Assembly: GCA_051294375.1 (NCBI GenBank)
Contig: CM119267.1
Coordinates: 14,377,694-14,441,693, forward strand
Length of the DNA stretch: 64,000 bases
Reading direction: 5' to 3'
DNA from: Paraspadella gotoi
Taxonomy: Eukaryota > Animalia > Chaetognatha
Shown here: one piece after another, positions 62,161-64,000 of the stretch
Numbering within the stretch: position 1 is the first letter of the stretch
Layout: each line of letters starts with the position of its first letter
Program-made: the position numbers and the translations under genes
The notes under the pieces: generated by a model
The model's database searches: none
What the model was told of the DNA's origin: nothing
Seen by the model: only the letters and a program-made list of their open reading frames with translations

Positions 62161-63134
62161 ACACAATTTGTGAAAAGTTATTAAATATATTTGTCTTAAA
62201 TAAACAACTTTAAGCAAACAATGTCGGATCTGCCTACAATAATTAAGCGGTAATCTGCTAATCAGATGATAAATCGCGATAATTTTTTTCAATTTGAGAT
62301 CATTACTGATCATACCATGCAATACCATCATTTTTTTTAACTCGCATATTTTTTTCACCTCGCAATCAGCCAATCCATCATTTAATTTCAGTGAGAGAGA
62401 GAGAGAAAGAAACTTATAACAACTTCAAGTGAATGACTTTTTTTTTCCATTTCCGCTCGCAAGATTCTATCAAAACTTTATATCTCGCTAAATCACACAC
62501 TTTTCTTCTGGCATACAAAGTTTTATCATGATTTATGAAACAAATTTTAAATAGTTAAAACATTTATGAGTAAGCATATATAATACAAATTCATGTCAAC
62601 TTTACATACTCACGGTAGGGCAGAGAGGATGTGAAAGAAACAAAAAAAGTGCCATCTATGAAACCTCTAAAATCTTTGAGTATACCCATAAGACTCTTAA
62701 TGTGGAAGGTCACAAAATCCGATCAAGGCAGTATAACTAATTTTAAAAAATAAATAATATAAAATTTTAATTAAAAGTAAATCATAAATACTATTTTTTA
62801 TGAAAAATATGTTTATTTAAAACTTAATCTCAAATAAAATAACAGGTAAATATTATCTGAATACTTCTCAACATCATATCCTGCTTTTAATATTAATTAT
62901 ATTTTTATTATTTAACAAAAAACATTTTTTATTTCAAAATTATACTATTATAATCGCTCCTTAAATATTTAATATGTATTATTAATGGAAAAACGCTCAA
63001 ATATATTAACTAATATAATGAATTAACTAACTAGAATAAAGTATATATTAATAATTGTATTTTGACTTTCTTTTTTGCTATTTAAAATAGTTTAGAGATG
63101 AAACGAAAAATTCGTTGTAATAGCAATTTTATTT

Positions 63135-63725
63135 TATTATTGTACCTGTTTCGACTCTAAGTATTATGAGTCTTCATCAGCAAGTGAATTCAATAAACCA
63201 AAATTTTTTAAAACATATAGTTGAGAGAGAGAGAGAGTTTCCAACAAAGAATTGAGCAATGATAGTGGTCAGATGTGAGGACAGGTGAAAGTAGGGAAAG
63301 AGAGACAAATTATTTTTGAAATTGGTGAAAAAGAAGAGAGAGAGAGAGAGACATAGGATCAATACATTAGGCAATGTACAACAGTGAAAAATTTTAGAAA
63401 ATAAATATTTAGTTTTTTTTTTTAAATTTATTATTGTACATGTTTCGACTCTTAGGTATTACAGAAGATACATTACAACAGACAGTGAATTCAATAAACC
63501 AACATTTTTTAAAACATTAGTTTGAGAGAGAGAGAGAGAGTTTCCAACAAAGAATTGAGCATGTGATAGTGGTCAGATGTGAGGACAGGTGAAAGTAGGG
63601 AAAGAGAGAGCAAATTATTTTTGAAATTGGTAAAAAGAAAGAGAGAGAGAGAGAGAGAGACATAGGGATCAATACATTAGGCAATGTACAACAGTGAAAA
63701 ATTTTTAGAAAAAACTAAATATTTA
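63135..63725 (-). repeat. ~294-bp tandem repeat (2 units), each ending in a hammerhead motif (retrozyme-like)
   Basis: Unit ttattgtac.tgtttcgactct..(GA)n..gtggtcagatgtgaggacaggtgaaagtaggg..(GA)n..ggcaatgtacaacagtgaaaaatttt starts at ~63137 and ~63431. Confidence 0.8.
63140..63183 (-). ncRNA. Minimal type-I hammerhead ribozyme
   Basis: Minus: uug-CUGAUGA-A-GACUC-auaauacuua-GAGUC-GAAA-CAGG-UA|caa: complete core, stem I uug/caa, GUA cleavage triplet. Confidence 0.8.
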
Positions 63726-64000
63726 ACATTTGTTACTTATGCCTTGTAAATAATGATAGACATATAGATATTCTAATTGTAAGCATATTAATTAAAACTA
63801 TTAAATTATTTTTTATCAAATTTAAAAAACTTTAATTAGCATTTAAAAAAATCCTGCCTTTATTGGATTTTGCTGACCTACCTTATGTGTCTATAAGATT
63901 TTATAGGCTTCAGAGATAGTACTTTTTTTGTTTCTTTCACATCCTCTCTGCCCTTCCGTGTACTACTACTTAGAGTAATTATGGGTTGAATTTAGTAAAC

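Larger units (their letters stand above)
62611..63960. mobile_element. Non-autonomous DNA transposon with CAC..GTG termini and 4-bp TSD (TACT), Chapaev/CMC-like
   Basis: cacggtagggcagagaggatgtgaaagaaacaaaaaaagt at 62611 is the inverse of actttttttgtttctttcacatcctctctgcccttccgtg ending at 63960; tact flanks both sides. Confidence 0.7.

Overview
Eukaryotic (metazoan, invertebrate-type) genomic DNA with AT-rich non-coding sequence, GC/CpG-richer exons and short GT-AG introns. The first ~16.5 kb is probably assembly redundancy. 1-10192 is an indel-riddled direct copy of ~26508-36942, and 10218-16465 is an indel-riddled inverted copy of 17732-23697; each ends at a gap of exactly 25 N. The unique part holds three tightly packed same-strand gene runs. 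Minus strand: GTF3C5 (3' part), RPP38, a divergent POU-homeobox gene and an orphan. Plus strand: LIPT2, a ZIFL-like MFS transporter, an F-box/WD40 gene, an orphan secreted protein and a second F-box gene. Plus strand: CNOT11, RWDD2, FIS1, ODF2, DNase II and survivin (BIRC5), head-to-head with a minus-strand 4CL/luciferase-like acyl-CoA ligase. Three signals stand out. (1) A dispersed family of short non-coding elements ends in minimal type-I hammerhead ribozymes (three intact cores, several degenerate). One copy has a perfect 42-bp inverted copy of its post-cleavage tail and one is a ~294-bp tandem, i.e. Penelope/retrozyme-like. (2) Gene spacing is operon-like (50-200 bp) with unpaired splice acceptors just upstream of start codons, suggesting SL trans-splicing. 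(3) The POU protein has WFLNKR in place of the near-invariant WFCNRR. All identifications come from reading the sequence and from recalled family motifs; no database search was run.
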